A stretch of 63,902 nt of DNA, counting the filler, from Octopus bimaculoides (lineage: Eukaryota), in the NCBI RefSeq assembly GCF_001194135.2. It is 7 parts of 7 records of this genome, joined end to end, with 100 filler letters (N's around TTAATTAATTAA, not from the genome) between each part and the next. Parts side by side here need not be neighbours in the genome. Positions count along the whole stretch, not along the records: positions 62,407 to 63,902 come from NW_026348860.1; 6 more parts are not named here. One strand, written 5' to 3'. Positions within the stretch are counted from its first letter, which is position 1. Each line of letters starts with the position of its first letter. Positions 62,811 to 63,902 of this stretch are shown one piece after another. The notes beneath the pieces were generated by a model that did no database searches, was not told the origin of the DNA, and saw only the letters and a program-made list of their open reading frames with translations. The position numbers and the translations under genes are program-made.

Positions 62811-63107
62811 AACGACCAAAGAGAAAGTTTTTCTTGGACGCTCTCTACAATATATTTTGAGTATTAAGTGTACGTTATTTTACACTCAACAGTTTCTCAA
62901 ATATCAATCAAAATTGTAATTGGGGGCCAAATTCTTTTTCTATATATCTATTAATAACTAAAACTGAACGCAATTATAACCGAAGCTATCCTGTGGATTT
63001 GCTAATCTAAAATTAAAATTGGTTTCAAACGTGCCTAAGTAAATGTTGATGCTTTTTTCACCATCAATACTCACAAGACTATTTAGTTCAAATTGGCAGA
63101 TTTAATC

Positions 63108-63144
<37 letters not shown>

Positions 63145-63209
63145 AATAGGCTTATGTACATACATGCATACATACATGTATACTTAGGTATCTTTATTTC
63201 TTCGCTTAT

Positions 63210-63541
<332 letters not shown>

Positions 63542-63902
63542 GACGTTGCTGTTGTTTTTATTACCATTGTTCAGACGAGATAGGAAAACATATGGCCTTT
63601 AAAGGATGAAAATAAATTATTAGAAATTGCTTTCTCATATTCAGAAAATAAATGCAATGTCAGGGCATTACTGTATTTATCTTGTAGGAAAATGGAATGC
63701 ACCTGGCGTAATACAGATAATGCTTCCAGAAAAGGCGCGAAAATTAGGAAACAAAAACGATTTTTAAAAAGAAAGAAATGGGAGAGAGATTTACGGTGAA
63801 CACAACATTAGGTGTAACGGCATAAATCAGTAAAACTAGCATAAAGCTGAGAACACAATATCGAAAATCATGGACGTCAAGCTGTATATATATATATATA
63901 TA

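Overview
AT-rich, gap-ridden draft animal scaffold. It is most consistent with a coleoid cephalopod (Octopus-like); this is an inference from the SINE families and microsatellite load, not a database match. The only intact, recognisable gene is the mitochondrial 3-oxoacyl-ACP synthase OXSM/FabF (8620-9924, +, one long exon, probably missing an upstream targeting-peptide exon). The rest is mostly microsatellite, at least six tRNA-headed or modular SINE families (labelled A-F here, my own labels), and decayed transposon fragments: three Tc1/mariner, RTE, R4/Dong-like and Hero/NeSL-like non-LTR elements, and a Penelope GIY-YIG remnant. Nearly all other ORF-track entries are microsatellite or N-gap artefacts. 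The most interesting signals are: (i) several unrelated type-I minimal hammerhead ribozyme motifs with self-complementary stem III and GUA cleavage triplets, one pair arranged as a palindrome; (ii) six foldback/inverted repeats, including one with ~480-bp arms 1.8 kb downstream of OXSM; (iii) an RTE LINE resembling decapod-crustacean elements; (iv) SINE mechanics visible at base level (TSD-flanked nesting, twin-priming-like inversion, module swapping). Six TTAATTAATTAA linkers inside N runs are assembly spacers, so adjacency across them is unproven. No CRISPR, rRNA or bona fide tRNA gene was seen. Coordinates of decayed repeats are approximate (about 10-20 bp).
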